DNA of 16,449 nt, from contig JBFWJG010000051.1 in the NCBI GenBank assembly GCA_050253335.1, forward strand, positions 1-16,449, read 5' to 3'. Below the pieces are notes generated by a model, which searched no databases, was not told the origin of the DNA, and saw nothing but the letters and a program-made list of their open reading frames with translations. Source of the DNA: Deferribacterales bacterium (lineage in GTDB: Bacteria; Chrysiogenota; Deferribacteres; Deferribacterales; Geovibrionaceae). Positions 14,951 to 16,449 of the stretch are shown in pieces. The position numbers and the translations under genes are program-made. Within the stretch, counting starts at the first letter, position 1. The number at the start of each line of letters is the position of its first letter.

Positions 14951-14989
14951 CGGGATAAAAACACAGTAGGTGGTTTTTATCCCTGTTAA

Positions 14990-16449
14990 TCAGAATATTC
15001 CCAGTTTTTTCATCCTGTGGCGCAGTGTGTTGGGATGAATCCCCAGAATATACGCTGCGCCGTTCTTTCCGCTTATCCTCCAGTTGGTCTGTTTGAGAGT
15101 TTTGAGAATATGAGTTTTCATAACACTGTCAAGCACCGAGTTGTCAGAATCAGCAGGAGGCTCCTGCTTCTGGTTATCTTTCATGTTATTCAGAATACAG
15201 TCAAACTTCAGTCCGCTATTGCGGTTCAGTATTATTTCTCTTTCAACCGCATTTTCCATTTCACGTATATTGCCTGGCCATGAATAGTCCATGAGTTTTC
15301 CCATCAATGAGCTGTCGACTTCGGGGATGTTCTTTATCCCTAGTTTTCTGCATATTTTCTCTGTGATAAATCTGAGGAGCACGGGTATATCTTCTCTGCG
15401 CTTTCTCAGAGGCGGAATATCGATGGGGAATACATTCAGGCGCCAGTACAGATCCTCTCTGAACGTTCCCTTATTTACCATTTCCAGGAGGTTTTTGTTA
15501 GTCGCTGAAATTATGCGTACGTTGACCTTAACAGGTTTCCCGCCGCCAAGTCTTTCTATTTCGCCGAACTGGAGGGCGCGCAGGAGTTTAGTCTGGGAGT
15601 TGAGAGGCAGTTCTCCGACTTCATCAAGAAAAAGAGTACCGTTATTTGCCATTTCGAAGCGCCCTTTTCGTGTGGAGTCCGCTCCGGTGAATGCTCCTTT
15701 TTCATGCCCGAAGAGCTCGTTATCTATAAGTGTTTCGGGAATTGCTCCGCAGTTGATTTTTATGAATGCTTCGTCTTTTCTGCCGGAACTGCTGTGTATG
15801 AAGTTCGCAAAAACTTCTTTGCCTACCCCGGTCTCTCCTGTGAGGAGAACAGCGCTCGAAAACTCGGCGACTTCTTTTGCCTGAGTAAGAAGCTTATTCA
15901 TATCAGGTTCCACTGACATGGCAAAGCTTGTGAAAGCAGAATCTTGCTGGCTGCCGCTTTTTACGCAGCCATAGCTGCTGTTGCGCATCTCTCTGGCGGT
16001 TATGGCAGTGCATAGTGCCATGGTATATGGGGTTGCAAGAAGGCGCAGAAGATTTTTATGCTCATCGGTATAGACGTTTTCTCTGTATACTTTGATTGCT
16101 AGGTTGCCTATGACGTATCCGGCGTTTCTGCATTGAAGAACAATGCAGGAGTTGCCTTCCGTCGGGCAGATAAAAGATGTTTTGTCCTCAGCCTGAGCTA
16201 CTCTTTCGTGATAGTTATACACGCAGTCACTGGCAAACCCTCGCTTAATATCTTCAGGTTTGATACTGTCAGGCAGTTTCAGGTAAAGATCTTTGTACAC
16301 TCTGTTTTCTTCAACAGTGCACAAACGCAGTATACAGTGCTCCTCCTCCAGATAATATGTAAGATCGATCATATCAATGGGGATGTACCTCTTCAAACAT
16401 TTGAGTGAGTTTGTAAGAAGAGTTTCAACATCTGTACTCTTAAAAATAT
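14990..16449 (-). CDS. Sigma54-dependent enhancer-binding protein (GAF-like + AAA+ + Fis HTH, FhlA-like); 5' end outside the window
   Basis: GETGVGKE, ELFGHEKGAFTGA, LFLDEVGEL, FREDLYWRL, WPGNIRE and HTH GAAYILGIHPNTLRHRMKKLGI. The frame stays open upstream of the TTG at 16396 to the window edge (IFKSTDVETLLTNSLKC). Confidence 0.92.
   Translation of the reverse strand, partial: IFKSTDVETLLTNSLKCLKRYIPIDMIDLTYYLEEEHCILRLCTVEENRVYKDLYLKLPDSIKPEDIKRGFASDCVYNYHERVAQAEDKTSFICPTEGNSCIVLQCRNAGYVIGNLAIKVYRENVYTDEHKNLLRLLATPYTMALCTAITAREMRNSSYGCVKSGSQQDSAFTSFAMSVEPDMNKLLTQAKEVAEFSSAVLLTGETGVGKEVFANFIHSSSGRKDEAFIKINCGAIPETLIDNELFGHEKGAFTGADSTRKGRFEMANNGTLFLDEVGELPLNSQTKLLRALQFGEIERLGGGKPVKVNVRIISATNKNLLEMVNKGTFREDLYWRLNVFPIDIPPLRKRREDIPVLLRFITEKICRKLGIKNIPEVDSSLMGKLMDYSWPGNIREMENAVEREIILNRNSGLKFDCILNNMKDNQKQEPPADSDNSVLDSVMKTHILKTLKQTNWRISGKNGAAYILGIHPNTLRHRMKKLGIF

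Noticed and set aside
14566..14989. ORFs of 61, 78 and 100 aa (MLSVTLSKAKSL.., MKNLLSDIIL..)
   Set aside because: Translations of the palindromic repeats on both strands, with no recognisable domain.
16394..16396. TTG as the true start of the sigma54 activator
   Set aside because: The frame is open to the window edge and there is no clear SD, so the real start is probably outside the window.

Overview
Bacterial chromosomal window. The gene content and style suggest an anaerobic, flagellated Gram-negative such as a Deferribacterota (Geovibrio-like) organism; this is an inference. The genes in order are: a stand-alone OmcA/MtrC-family decaheme cytochrome lipoprotein, bacteriohemerythrin, M23 peptidase, lipoprotein cyclophilin, Fur/PerR-family regulator, HD-GYP protein, atypical REC-LuxR regulator, orphan OmpR-family regulator, a PanE-Nudix fusion overlapping clpC, a tandem-ACT (GcvR-like) gene with def, and a 5'-truncated GAF/sigma54 activator. 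Four intergenic regions (1-115, 3210-3790, 9560-9750, 14660-14985) are built from several interleaved palindromic repeat families. The most notable signals are: (1) repeat-borne hairpins whose loops read ACAGGA(T/C)GT or CCATGGA(A/C)GG, matching the CsrA/RsmA site pattern and stacked upstream of the OmpR-family gene, with one copy forming the last codons of the PanE-Nudix protein; (2) the PanE-Nudix fusion; (3) the orphan, disulfide-free decaheme cytochrome with a duplicated coiled-coil stalk; (4) a sigma28-type promoter for the M23-hemerythrin pair; (5) a possible dual-start cyclophilin. No CRISPR array, transposase, tRNA or rRNA is evident.
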